NCBI RefSeq assembly: GCF_964213995.1
Contig: NC_135804.1
Location: 69,502,001 to 69,566,000 of the forward strand
Length of the DNA: 64,000 nucleotides
From: Mustelus asterias
Lineage: Eukaryota
Direction: 5' to 3'
A program made the translations under genes and the position numbers. Each line of letters starts with the position of its first letter. Positions within the stretch are counted from its first letter, which is position 1. The notes beneath the pieces were generated by a model. It worked only from the letters and a program-made list of their open reading frames with translations. It ran no database searches and was not told the DNA's origin. Shown here in pieces: positions 51,080-64,000 of this stretch.

Positions 51080-54000
51080 TGTTACGAAGGGTAGGTTGAT
51101 CTCCTGTCTGAGAACGAACACTCAACCACTCAAAGAGAAGTACCTCCCTTCATAATCTATTAAAGTCTGTATCAGAAGGGATAATATCAGCATTTCAGCA
51201 GCCTGTAGTGACCAACTCGAAATAACTACCTGAGACTGTCTTTGCCTCTCGAACATTGTTTCAGTCTGTGTACCGCTTGCACCTACTTCTCTTCAGTACA
51301 GAACAGAAACTAGCTTTTCTAAAAGAACCATGAAATTTTACAATTTCTAGCATTTTAGAAGATTTTTTGATAATTTGGCAAATACTAATTTCACAAAACC
51401 TTCACCCCTTAAGTAAAGAACGAACCATCATCATGAAAAGTTGGCTTCATTTTTTAAAAACTCATGATAAAACATATGCAATAACATTTTCATGACCCAT
51501 AACATGTACAATCTGTAAGTTAAATGCTTGTAACAAGTGACACTTTATTTATCTAATTAACAATAAACAGGTTAACGAAACTATTAACAAACCAAATAAA
51601 ACATTATGCTAACAGAATTCTGTTTAAATAAATACAATTCCCACTTATTAAAAAAATGAAATATTTAGTCACACTCAAAATACAACTAGGTGTCATCTTC
51701 CGGAAGCTTCTTTATTCTTCATCTTCGATTTTCACTATCATCTGTTGGCATCTTTGTAATTAAGGTAAGGCTTTTGTTTAAGACATAAATGTGGCTGTTA
51801 CACTGTTAGATGACAGTTGCTGGCTGTGTGCATTTCTCTCAGAGCAGAGCTAAGCTGTTACTCAGCAGGTGACAGGCGTTCTTCTACCGTTTGTGCCCTT
51901 GATCCTGTCTTTTATACTCCTAATGATATACCAAAATCCCTACAATAGGATTGGTTTGCAGGTTATCAAAACATCAAATTCAAATCTGATATGTTGCTGC
52001 GATTCAAATGCATATTTCAAATTGATTGGTTAAAATTCAAAAACATGTTCTGATTCAAATGCCTGAAGTATGTTACCAAGTCAACCCTGCTGTCTTTGCC
52101 TCTCATACATTGTTTCAGTCTGTGCACTGCTTGCACTTACTTCTCTTCAGTACAGAACAAAAACTACCTTTCCCAAAAGAACCATGAAACTTTAAAATTC
52201 CTAGCATTTTAGAAAACTTTTTCATAATTTGGCAAACACTAATTTCACAATACCTTCACCCCTTCAGAAAAGAATGAACCATCATCATGAAAAGTTGGCT
52301 TCATTTTTAAAAAACTCATGATAAAACATAGGCAATAACATTTTCATGACCCACAACATGTACAATCTGTAAAGTGTACATGTAACATGTAGCTTGTAAC
52401 ATAAGACCCCAACAAAATAGTCTGGCCATGTTATCCTTTAATCTTTCCAGAAATGTCAAAGGATTCTGATCAGTATACACAATCAATTCTGATTAATTGT
52501 TTGTAACATAAGCATTAAAATGTTGTAAGGATATTACTAAAATTATTAAATCCTTTTCAATATTGAAATATTTTGTCAGGCAGATATTGTGGGTTTTTTT
52601 CGAACATTAGCCGATTGGCATTTCAATTCCAAAATTATTCTCCTGTAACAACACAGCTCTAACACTTACATTGCTGACCTCAATAGTGACTTCAAATGTT
52701 TTCAAAAAGTTTGGTGTGGCTAAAACAGGTGCGGTGGTTAACACTGCTTTCAGATTCTGATATGCCTCTTGGTATTGTTCTGTCCACCAAAATTTCATGT
52801 TCTTTTTTAACAAGGTCGTCAACAATGCCACTGGCTGCTAAAATTTCATACGTACTTTTGTAGAATCCGCTCAATCCCAAAACTCACCGCACTTTCTTCT
52901 TCAATGATGGTCTTTGAAATTCCTCGATGGCCTTCGTCTTCAGATTTCTCAGTCTCATCCATCCGTATCCGATATTGTGTCGTAAAAATATCACTTTTGC
53001 CTCCGCACATTCTGTTTTGCCAAGTTTATGACCAATTTTAGACCATAAGACCATAAGACATAGGAGCGGAAGTAAGGCCATTCGGCCCATCGAGTCCACT
53101 CCACCATTCAATCATGGTTGATTTCAACTCCATTTACCCGCTCTCTCCCCATAGCCCTTAATTCCTCGAGAAATCAAGAATTTATCAATTTCTGTCTTGA
53201 AGACGCTCAACGTCTCGGCCTCCACAGCCCTCTGTGGCAATGAATTCCACAGACCCACCACTCTCTGGCTGAAGAAATTTCTCCTCATCTCTGTTCTAAA
53301 GTGACTCCCTTTTATTCTAAGGCTGTGCCCCCGCGTCCTAGTCTCCCCTGTTAATGGAAACAACTTCCCTACGTCCATCCTATCTAAGCCGTTCATTACC
53401 TTGTAAGTTTCTATCAGATCTCCCCTCAACCTCCTAAACTCCAATGAATATAATCCCACGATCCTCAGACGTTCATCGTATGTCAGGCCTACCATTCCTG
53501 GGATCATCCGTGTGAATCTCCGCTGGACCCGCTCCAGTGCCAGTATGTCCTTCCTGAGGTGTGGGGCCCAAAATTGCTCACAGTACTCCAAATGGGGCCT
53601 AACCAGTGTTTCGTAGTCTCTCAAAGAACTCTGCCAAATGCTCCATGTGATCTTTCCAAGAACGATTAAAGGTCATGAAGTCACCAATGTAAACATCGCA
53701 ATTCGTCAATCCGGCAACAACTCTCTTCATAAAGGTAGCGGGTGCATTTTTCATCCCAAAGGGAATTACTTTAAATTGACATATCACATTTGGGGTTAGA
53801 AAAGCAGAAACTTCTTTAGCTCTCTCTGACAAAGTTACTTGCCAATAACCGTGAAGTAAGTCCAACTTTGTGATGTAAGTAGTTTGTCCTACCTTTTCCA
53901 CACAATCCTCCAGCCTTGGAATTGGCTATGTATCAGATTTAGTCATAGTGCTGACCTTGCGATAATCTATGCAGAACTGTTGAGTACAATCAGGTTTGAG

Positions 54001-56018
54001 GACCAACACTCTCGGCGAACTCCACTTGCTTTGACTTGGCTCTCTGATATCTTCATGTAGCATTGCTTTCACTTCCTTCTGAACCTGAGCTGCTTTGGGA
54101 GGCATTCGCCTTTAGGGTATTATTTTATAGGAACAGCATTCCCGACATCCACCTCATGTACTATATCTTTAGTCCTCCCCATTGTCTTTTTACATAGGAC
54201 CTCATAGCCCTGTAACACGGCTTTAAATTCAGTTCTCTGGTCCTGAGGCAGGTAACTCACTACCCCTATTCCATTCCTTAAGTTATTCTTCATTTTTCAA
54301 TTTATTCTGAGGCACATCAAAATCTACATCATCTGGATTTGATTCCTCACTCTGAGTGGCAGTATCTTATACTTGTTTCTCCAGTTCCCTGTCCCTGTTA
54401 TAATACTCTTTTAGCATGTTAACATGACATACCCTATGCATCTTTTTCCTATCTGTCATCTTTACCAGATAATTCACCTGACTATATTTCGCCTCAATCT
54501 GAGAACCACTGGCCACTAAACCTGGCCAACAAAGGATCTCCTGCCATTGGTAATAGCATGAATACTTTATCCCCATGGGCAGACGTAGAATTTTAGATTT
54601 CTTATCTGCTTCTTGTTTCATTAGTTGCTGTGCCATTCACAAATGTTGGGTAGCTAATTCACCCATTCTGTTTAATCTTTCTTTCACCACAGCTATATAA
54701 TCTCAGACTTTGGACCTACCAACTTTTCCTTGACGAATTCTAAAGGACCTCTTACTTCATGTACGAATATCAAATCAAATGGAGCAAGCTGAGTCGATCA
54801 ATTTGGAGCATCTCTCATCGCGAATAATATAAATTTAAAGGATGCCTTTATCCCAATCAGTTGGGTAATCCTGGCAATAAGTCCTCAACATGGTCGTCAG
54901 GGTATGATGCCAACTTTCCAATGTTCCCTGGGATTCAGGAGAGTACACATTTGAGATGAAGTGTCTGATGCCTAAAGCAGGCATGACGTCCTTAAATAAT
55001 TTGGCAGTAAAATTGAACCTTGGTCTGACTGAATCCCCCTGGGTAATCCATAACGGGTAAAGAAAGCAAGCAATTCCTCCACAACCTTTCTTGCCTAGAT
55101 AGTCCTCTGGAAACCTGGTGGGCACATCCATTACAGCGAGAAAATACTGGTTCCCACTTTCGGTTTTAGGACGAGGATCTACACAATCAACTATAACCCA
55201 TGTAAAACGTTCTTCAAATGCAGGAATTGGCATCAAGGGTGCTAATTTTATCGCTGCCTCTGGTTTTCTTATCATCTGACATGCATGATAGGTTTGACAA
55301 AGTTCAACCACATCTCTATGTAATCCAGGCCAATAAAAGTGCTTCTGTATCTTAACCGGAGTCCTCTTCAATTCTAGATGACCATCTACAGGTAATTCGT
55401 GTGCCACCCACAATACTTCCTTTTTGTATTCTACCAGCAACACAATTTGGTGAATGTCTGTCCATTTCTCACCTGCAGTTACCTGCCAAAGTCTGCACTT
55501 TTGCCTTAAGATTTTATCCTTCAGGTAATAGCTTCCTGGAATACACTCTCATTCCTTTTCTGTATAGGCTTTATAATGTAAATCTGTCATAATCTCATCT
55601 TTCTATTGTAACTCCATTCATCGTTCAGAACTAGATATCTCTGCCTGATCCTTTATCTGCTTAGATGTTTTCCTTTACCATCTCATCGAACATAGTGACA
55701 TACCAAAATTCCCACAATAGAATTTGCTTACATGTTATCAAAATATCAAATGCTTTTCAAATTGATTGGTTAAAATGCCTACTTCAAATTGATTGGTTAA
55801 AATGCAAAAATATGTTCGGATTCAAGTGCTTGAAGTCTGTTACAAAGGAAACCCTGCTGTTTTTGCCTCTGGTACATTGTTTCAGCCTGTGTACTGCTTG
55901 CACCTGCTTCTCCTCAGTACAGAACAACACTACCTTTTCGAACAGAACCATGAAATTTCACAACTCTTAGCATTTTAGAAGTTTTTAAAATAATTTTACA
56001 ATCATTCACTACACAGCA
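51080..56018 (-). mobile_element. Gmr1-like Ty3/Gypsy LTR retrotransposon (IN-RT-RH order), decayed, gag apparently deleted
   Basis: Candidate 4-bp TSD gttc (51076-51079, 56019-56022); 3' LTR ~51080-52252 with adjacent PPT gaaggggtgaagg; partial 5' LTR ~55700-56018; integrase 55443-54835, RT 53901-53599, RT connection/RNase H 52831-52607. Confidence 0.88.
53040..53606 (-). mobile_element. Young CR1 3' fragment inserted in the Gypsy RT
   Basis: RPHLEYCEQFWAP..RGIKGYGERAGKWS*; (tcttatgg)n tail. Confidence 0.92.
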
Positions 56019-56439
56019 GTTCAGTATCCCTGTGGACTGAGAGTTATTGCACCTGGAGGAGCGAGTGTTCTTCAGGGGAGGAATGTCTGCCTTCTAGCTT
56101 CCCTCCAGATGAACATCAATGTGACTGGCTCTTCAGTGCCTCTGAAGTGACGCAGAAAGCCATTCAGGGTAATACGTGGTGGACAACAAATTACGCTGTT
56201 TTCTCGACCAATGACCAGAACCCAGGCAAAAATTCGAAAAAAATTCACAAATGTCATGTAAACTAATCTTGATGATGACGGGCTGTAATAAACTTTGAAA
56301 TGGCTTCGTGATTTGCAGATTTCTGACTCGGAAGGCTGAGTAGGAGATGCGTCCTGCACCCCAAATATAATGTTAGTTGATGGAGATCTATAAGCAAGCT
56401 TAGAATTTGATGATTATTTGATGAATACACTCTCATTCC

Positions 56440-59435
56440 TTTGCAGGGGAGTGGGAACCAGAGTGCCAGAGCAGATAGTGGAGCAGGGGTAAAAAGACAG
56501 GTTAGTTCAAGCAAAATCACAAATGGAAGGGTAGAGTGTGGTGGAAATAATTTTTGAGGTGTGTCTATTTCAATGCCAGGAGTATTGTGGGGAAGGCAGA
56601 TGAGCTGAAGGCGTGGATAGACACGTGGAAATATGACATTATAGTCATTAGTGAAACTTGGCTACAGGAGGGGCAGGACTGGCAGCTCAATGTTCCAGGG
56701 TTCCAATGTTTCAGGCGGGATAGAGGCAGAGGGATAAAAGGTGGGGGGGGGGGGTGGCATTGTTGGTCAGGGAAAATGTTACAGCGGTACTCAGGCAGGA
56801 TAGATTAGGGAGTTTGTCTACAGAGGCCCTATGGGTGGAGCTCAGAAAGAGGAAAGGTATGACCACATTAATGGGCTTGTATTATAGACCACCCAATAGT
56901 CAGCGAGAATTGGAGGAGCAAATCAGCGGTGAGATAGCTGACAACTGCAAGAAATACAAAGTTGTGATAGTAGGGGATTTTAATTTTCCACATATAGATT
57001 GGGACTCGCATACTGTTAAAGGTTTAGACGGGGTAGACTTTGTAAAATGTGTTCAGGAGAATTTTCTACATCAGTATATAGAGGTGCCAACTAGAGAGGA
57101 TGCGATATTGGATCTCCTATTGGGAAATGAGTTAGGGCAGGTGATGGATGTGAGTGTGAGGGAACACTTTGGATCCAGTGATCATAATGCCATTAGTTTC
57201 AACCTGATCGTGGATAAGGATAGATCTGGTCCTCGGGTTGAAGTTCTGAACTGGAAAAAGGCCAAATTTGATGAAATGAGAAGGGATCTGGGAAGTGTGG
57301 ATTGGCACTGTCTGTTCTCTGGTAAGGATGTAAATGGAAAGTGGGAGGCCTTCAAAGGAGAAATTTTGAGAGTGCAGAGTTTGTATGTTCCTGTCAGGAT
57401 TAAAGGCAAAGTCAATAGGAATAAGGAACCTTGGTTCTCGAGGGAGATTGTAACACTGATTAAGAGGAAGAGAGAGTTGTATGAAATGTACAGGCAGCAA
57501 GGAACACATCAGATGCTCGAGGAGTATAAAAAGTGCAAGGAGCTACTTAAGAGGGAAATCAGGAGGGCTAAAAGAAGACATGAGGTTGCTTTGGCAGACA
57601 GAGTGAAGGAAAATCCAAAGAGCTTCTATAGGTATGTTAGGAGCAAAAGGATAGTGAGGGATAAAATTGGTCCTCTTGAAGACCAGAGTGGTAGACTGTG
57701 TATGGAACCAAAAGAGATGGGGGAGATACTAAATGGTTTTTTTGCATCCGTATTTACTGAGGAAACGGGCATGGAGTCTACGGAAATAGGGCAAACTGGT
57801 AGGGAGGCCATGGAACTTTTACAGATTAAAGGGGAGGAGGTGCTCGCTGTCTTGAGGCAAATCAGAGTGGATAAATCCCCAGGACCGGACAGGGTATTCC
57901 CACGGACCTTGAGGGAAGCTAGTGTTGAACGTGGCAGACATAATTAAAATCTCAGTATTCACAGGGGAGGTGCCGGATGATTGGAGGGTGGCTCATGTTG
58001 TTCCGTTGTTTAAAAAAGGTTCCAAAAGAAATCCGGGAAATTATCGGCCAGTAAGTTTGACGTCGGTGGTGGGCACGTTATTGGAAGGTGTGATAAGGGA
58101 TAGGATCTACAAATATTTGGATAGACAGGGACTTATTAGGGAGAGTCAACATGGCTTTGTGCGTGGTAGGTCATGTTTGACCAATCTATTGGAGTTTTTC
58201 GAGGAGGTGACCAGGAAAGTGGATGAAGGGAAGGCGGTGGATGTTGTCTACCTGGATTTCAGCAAGGCCTTTGACAAGGTCCCTCATGGGAGGTTAGTTA
58301 GGAAGGTTCAGTCGCTAGGTATACATGGGGAGGTAGTAAATTGGATTAGACACTGGCTCAATGGAAGAAGCCAGAGAGTGGTTGTGGAGGATTGCTTCTC
58401 TGAGTGGAGGCCTGTGACTAGTGGTGTGCCGCAGGGATCGGTGTTGGGTCCATTGTTGTTTGTCATCTATATCAATGATCTGGATGATGATGTGGTAAAT
58501 TGGATCAGCAAGTTTGCTGATGATACAAAGATTGGAGGTGTAGTGGACAGTGAGGAAGGTTTTCAAAGCTTGCAGAGGGATTTGGACCAACTAGAAAAAT
58601 GGGCTGAAAAATGGCAAATGAAATTTAACGCAGACAAGTGTGAGATATTGCACTTTGGAAAGACAGACCAAAGAATAACGTACAGGGTAAATGGTAGGAC
58701 TCTGAAGAGTGCAGTTGAACAGAGGGATCTGGGAATACAGATACAGAATTCCCTAAAAGTGACGTCACAGGTGGATAGGGTCGTAAACAGTGCCTTTGGT
58801 ACATTGGCCTTTATAAATCGGAGTATCGAGTATAAAAGTTGGAGTGTTATGGTAAGGTTATATAAGGCATTGGTGAGGCCGAATTTGGAGTATTGTGTAC
58901 AGTTTTGGTCACCAAGTTACAGGAAGGATGTAAATAAGATTGAAAGAGTGCAGAGAAGGTTCACAAGGATGTTGCCGGGACTTGAGAAGCTGAGTTACAG
59001 AGAGAGATTGAATAGGTTGGGACTTTATTCCCTGGAGCGTAGAAGATTGAGGGGAGATTTGATAGAGGTGTATAAGATTTTGATGGGTACAGATAGAGTG
59101 AATGTAAGCAGGCTTTTTCCGCTTAGGCTAGGGGAGTAAAAAACCAGAGGGCATGGGTTAAGGGTGAAAGGATAAAAGTTTAAGGGGAATATTAGGGGGG
59201 GCTTCTTCACGCAGAGAGTGGTGGGAGTGTGGAATGAGCTGCCGGATAAAGTGGTAAATGCGGGGTCACTTTTAACATTTAAGAAAAACTTGGACGGGTT
59301 CATGGATGAGAGGGGTGTGGAGGGATATGGTCCAAGTGCAGGTCAGTGGGACTAGACATAAAATGGTTCGGCACAGACAAGAAGGGCCAAAAGGCCTGTT
59401 TCTGAGCTGTAATTTTCTGTGGTTCTATGGTTCTA
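56440..59435 (+). mobile_element. CR1 LINE with near-complete ORF2 (APE endonuclease + RT), disrupted
   Basis: YFNARS, ISETWL, GDFN, SDHN endonuclease motifs plus RT motifs; frameshifts at a G-run (~56745) and ~57935, stop at 59137-59139. Confidence 0.95.
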
Positions 59436-59519
59436 TAAATCTAACAGAGAGGTGCAATATGATTATCATGAAAACTAGTGGGGCTAAAGAAATTGAGACT
59501 TTTTTCTTCAGTATCTAAG

Positions 59520-59860
59520 TTGTGTGCAGAGATATTTAATATTTAGCCTCGAATCATAGAATCATAAAACACAGAGGAGGCTCTTTGGTCCATCAAGTCC
59601 ACACCGACACATTAGAAAAGCTTAAACTTTCACTTATCCCATCTGTCAATATTTGGCACAAAGCCGTTAATGTTATGACTTGCCAAGAGCTCATTCGGGT
59701 ATTTTTTTAAAAAACGTATATGCGGTAGCCCACATCTACCACTCCCCCAGGCAATGCATTCCAGACTGTTACTACCCCTTGGGTAAAAAAACGTCTTCCC
59801 TCACATCCCCCTCACCCTCCTGACCCTCATCTTGAACCTATGTCCCACCGTGACTGAACC
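59520..59860 (-). mobile_element. CR1 3' fragment
   Basis: Antisense CR1 3' end with an (atcataga)n tail. Confidence 0.65.
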
Positions 59861-59899
59861 TCACTTTCTTACTTTGTTTATTAACACCTTTACACAAAA

Positions 59900-61216
59900 C
59901 ACAGAACAAATCCAAGCTGTCCAATTACCCTCTAATCAACCTACTCTCGATAATTCAAAAAGTAATAGAACAGGCCATCAACATTACCATCAAGCAGCAT
60001 CTGCTCAGCAACAACCTGCTCAGTGATGCGGAGTTTGGGTTTCGCCAGTGTCACTTAGCTCCTGATCTCATTGAAGCCTTGGTTTAGACATGAATAAACA
60101 AGCTGAATTCTAGAGTTGATGTGAGAATGACAACCCTTGGAATCAAGACGGTATTCGACCAAGTGTGACATCAAAGAGCCTAAGGGAAACTAGAATCAAC
60201 GTGTTTCAGGGGGCATACTCTCCATTGGTTGCATCACTGAGCAAGTAAGTTGTTGCTGAGCAGGTGCTGCTTGATAGCGCTGTTGCTGGCAGCTTCCATG
60301 ACTTGGTACAAAGGAGGATCATTTTGGTTGAGGGGGCCAGCCATCTCAGCTCCAGGACATCCCTGCACGTCTACCTCAGGGTAGTGTCGTAGGCCAACCA
60401 CCTTCAACTGTTTCATCAATAACCTTCCCTTCATCATCAGGTCAGAAATGAAGATGTTCGCCGATGATTGCACATATATTCAGCAATATCCGTGAATCTT
60501 CACATACTGAAGTAGTCAATTTCAAATGCAAAAAGGTCTGGGCAATACACAGGCTTGAGCTGAGAAACTGCAAGTAACGTATGTGCCACACAAATGCCAG
60601 GTAATGACAATCACGAATCATTCACTATCTAACCACTGCCCGTTGGCACTCAATATCGTTACCATCACTGAATCCTCCACTGTAAACATTCTTGGGGTGG
60701 CCATTGACGAGAGCAGGTCAGGTGGTAGATTAACTGTGGCAAGTAACTCACCTCGTGACTCCCCAAAACCTGTCCACCTTCTAAAAGACAGAAGTCATGG
60801 GTGGGATGGAAGACTGTCATGGGTCTGGATTGGCGCAGCTCCAACAACACTCAAGCAGCTTGACACCATCTAGGAAATTACAGCCACAAATTGGTATCAC
60901 AAACAGAAACACTCACTCCCTCCACCACCGACGTTCAGTCGCAGCAGTGTGTACGACCTACAAGATGCATTGCAGAAATTCACCAAAGATCCTGAAACAA
61001 CACCTTCCAAACCGGTCACCACTTTTATCTAGAAAGACAAGGGCAGCAGATACATCAAAAGACGACCACCTGCAGGCATTGTGCGTTAGCCCAGAGCACG
61101 TGGACTGCCGAGTTTCAAAAAGACAGCTCACCACAGCGTTCTCAAGGGCAACGAGGAATGGACAATATATGCTGGACTGCCAGCGGCGTTCATGACCCAC
61201 GAATGAATAAAAAAAA
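59900..61216 (+). mobile_element. Degenerate L2/CR1-group LINE with an internal inverted segment
   Basis: IKQHLLSNNLLSDAEFGFRQ, MFADDC remnants; ends in gaatgaataaaaaaaa. Confidence 0.7.
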
Positions 61217-61899
61217 TCAGTGGATATTTGCATCGTTAATTTTAAGGAACCAATAGAAAAGCGTCAGTGTGGGTTGGTCTGTTTAAGTAGCATCCACCTC
61301 AAACACACACCGTCCTGTTTATGAGTTAATTTTAAGATTCCCGTTATCATACAAGGCCTTCTGGATCATGGAAACTTAAATTAGTGCGCCCCGCCGGAAC
61401 CTCCGCATGCCCCCTGATGCAAGTAGCCCGTTTCTTGCACGTGAATCAGTTGTTCAACCTCAATCTGAGGTTGAGAGAAGAGAAACAAAAAGGTGTCAGG
61501 CTAAAAGTGCCAGTACCTGCAGCCGTATCCAACAGGCATTTTAACATTCATGAGCTGGACAGATCAGTTTAATCTAAGAAGTCGCGGAGCCATGATCGTG
61601 CGAACCTTCGTAAAGTCAGTTTAAATGTTTTCACAGCACCAGGAAAACGTTTCCCAAATTGGATATTCGGCCTTGTATTGTGTGGTAACTGCAAGCTGGA
61701 TTGGTGTCATAGATTTATTTAATTTGAATGTTGTTTGGGTTTGGGAAGTCTTACGATGTTCAGGGAACACCGATATATATCTTGGAACAAGGAGCAATTA
61801 TAAATGTGTGTGTGATTAATATATGTAATTATTTTACACTGCTAAGTTCCAGTCGTGTGTATGTTTTCTTTCGTATAATGATTAGTATCTGGTGATTGC

Positions 61900-62565
61900 C
61901 ACACGACGACTGGGCTGCTTATTCTCAACGGGCTTTCATGTGACCCCTCACACCCTTCTAAAAACCAAATCACAAACCACCACAAACATATGGTTCAATT
62001 TTTGACACGCTTGCGGGTACCATCCACGTGGCGGTTGGCACATGATTTGGCCAATTTTCCCACGCAGCCCCAATAGCTGAGAGCATTGAAATACCTCAAG
62101 GCCAAGCAAGATGAACACATTTGTAAACCGAGCAAACAATTAACAGGTATCCTCACCAAGCACGTAATGATTATATCAACAGAATGTACGCCATTCTTAC
62201 TCACAGTTCCAATTTCCCATCCATCCAACCTGCCACTCAATGGGACAGGACAATCATGCTCCAAGGGAGACCAACAAACGCCTGTTGGACCAATGTGAGA
62301 ACAACAAACTGTAAGATGCTATATATAATATGCCTCGTGCTCATATCTTCCTGCGTCGGTGTATGGGCTGTTCAAGACAAATAAAGTGATGTACGCTGAT
62401 GCGTTGTCTTACGTATGACAGGCTCTGCACAACATGAATTGATCAAATGGTTGGGTGAGTTCTGACAACCAGCTTTGAGCAGGTTTTTTTCATTTGATCT
62501 TGCTAGGCCATTCACCGAAGTGCCGCTCAAAGAAGTCATACTCATTTGCACTGCAGTGCTGTGTG
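61900..62565 (+). mobile_element. Decayed Penelope-like RT fragment
   Basis: NDYINRMYAIL, MTGSAQHELIKWLGE, SFDLARPFTEVPLKEVILIC resemble the PLE RT motif SFDV.SLFT.VP. Confidence 0.6.
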
Positions 62566-62569
62566 ATAA

Positions 62570-64000
62570 GATCATAAGAACTTGGACCCATGTGGCCCAT
62601 CGAGTCTGCTGCGCCATTCAATGAGATCGTGACTAATCAGGTATGATAATCCTCAAGTTCACTTTCCCACTTTATCCCCATAAACCTTGATTCCCTTACC
62701 AATTAGAAATACGTCCATCTTAGCCTTGAGCATACTTAACTCGTCGGCATCTGCAGCCCTCTGCGGTAAAGAATTCTATAGATCCACTGCTCTCTGAGAG
62801 ACCAAAGAAATTCTCATCATCCCCCTCTAAAATGGAGACCCTGATTAGCACTGCTGCCTCACAGCACCAGGGACGTGGATGCAGTTCCTAGCTTGGGTCA
62901 CTGTCTGTTCAGTGTCTGCACTTTCTCCCCGTGTCTGCGGGGGTTTCCGTTGCATGCTCCAGTTTCCTCCCACAGTCCAAAGGGCACGCTGGTTCGGTTC
63001 CAGTGCCCATGCAAAATTCTACCTCCATGTACACGAGTGGGTGGCAGAGTGTGGAGAGTAGGGGACTGTCAGAGTCTCTGCATTGCAGTATAAATAAAAG
63101 CCTACTTGTGATGCTAATAAGTAAACAAAAAAAAGACTTACTATGAAACTTTGCCTACTGGTCTTAGACTCTTCCACAAAGAGAAACGACCTGTCAGTGT
63201 TTACTCTTCAATCCCACTGATGAGCCAATGTGGCACAATGAAGACAAAGAACAAAAGAACAAAGAAATTTACATCATAGCAACAGGCCCTTAGGCCCTCC
63301 ATGCTTGAACCAACCATGCTGCCCGTCTGAACTAAAACGTCCTACCCTTCCGGGGACCAGATCCCTCCATTCCCATCCTATTCATGCATTTGTCCAGACG
63401 CCCGTTAAACGTCACTATCGTATCTGTTTCCACTACCTCCCCCAGCAGCGAATTCTAGACACCCACCACCCTCGTAAAAAACGTGCCTCGTACATCTTCT
63501 TTAAACATTACCCCTCGCACCTTAAACTAATGCCTCCTCATAAACGACTCTTCCACCCGGGAAAAAAGCTTCTGACTATCTACTCTGTCTATGCCCCTCA
63601 TAATCTTGTAGACTTCGAATAGGTGGCCCCTCAACCTCCGTCGTTCCAGTGAGAACAAACCAAATTCCTCCACATCCTTCTGATATCCTTCAGGATGCCT
63701 CTCATTTTTCTAAACATATCGAACATACTCGCACTCTCCTCTTAAGAAAATCCCTCCACATCTGGGGCCACCCTAGAAATCGTGCTTGACTGCGTCCAAC
63801 GCAATATATTTTTCGTTATATCAGGGGGCCACAACTGTTCACAGTGTTGCAGGTTTGATCTAACCAATGACTAGTAGAATTCTGGCAAGACTTTCCTGTT
63901 ATTATAATATTACATTACCTTATAATAATTACCTTAATTCCTTTTGAAATAAAAGCCAACATGACCTTTGCCTTCTCTATTAGCTGTCAATGTTTTATTT
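62570..64000. mobile_element. Nested CR1 fragments (-) with a V-SINE (~62845-63130, +)
   Basis: CR1 3' UTR remnants; SINE head and core. Confidence 0.65.

Overview
Vertebrate genomic DNA, almost certainly from a shark or other elasmobranch (HE1-type V-SINEs, abundant CR1 LINEs, Rex1/Babar, Penelope-like elements, Harbinger). Most of the window is transposon-derived. Bases 1-9311 are repeated nearly identically at 9922-19224 across a 200-N gap, very probably a false duplication from overlapping contigs. The repeated block holds a decayed two-gene Harbinger transposon (DDE transposase plus Myb/SANT gene, TCA target duplication). The only host gene I can support is a minus-strand, apparently intact, non-rearranging immunoglobulin-superfamily receptor assembled by hand from splice signals: leader 38480-38423, V domain with germline-joined J-like strand 38239-37919, C1 domain 36391-36092, 19-nt connecting microexon 29305-29287, TM/short-tail exon with an intramembrane Arg 28046-27945 and a probable terminal exon from 26214. 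It encodes about 265 aa with a TCR-alpha-like exon plan. About 8 kb upstream lies a dense ETS/GATA/RUNX/EICE motif cluster. Other notable elements are a Gmr1-type Gypsy element (integrase before RT), and a Penelope insertion carrying a minimal hammerhead ribozyme and a locally templated 260-bp CR1 copy. Repeat boundaries are approximate unless TSDs are quoted.
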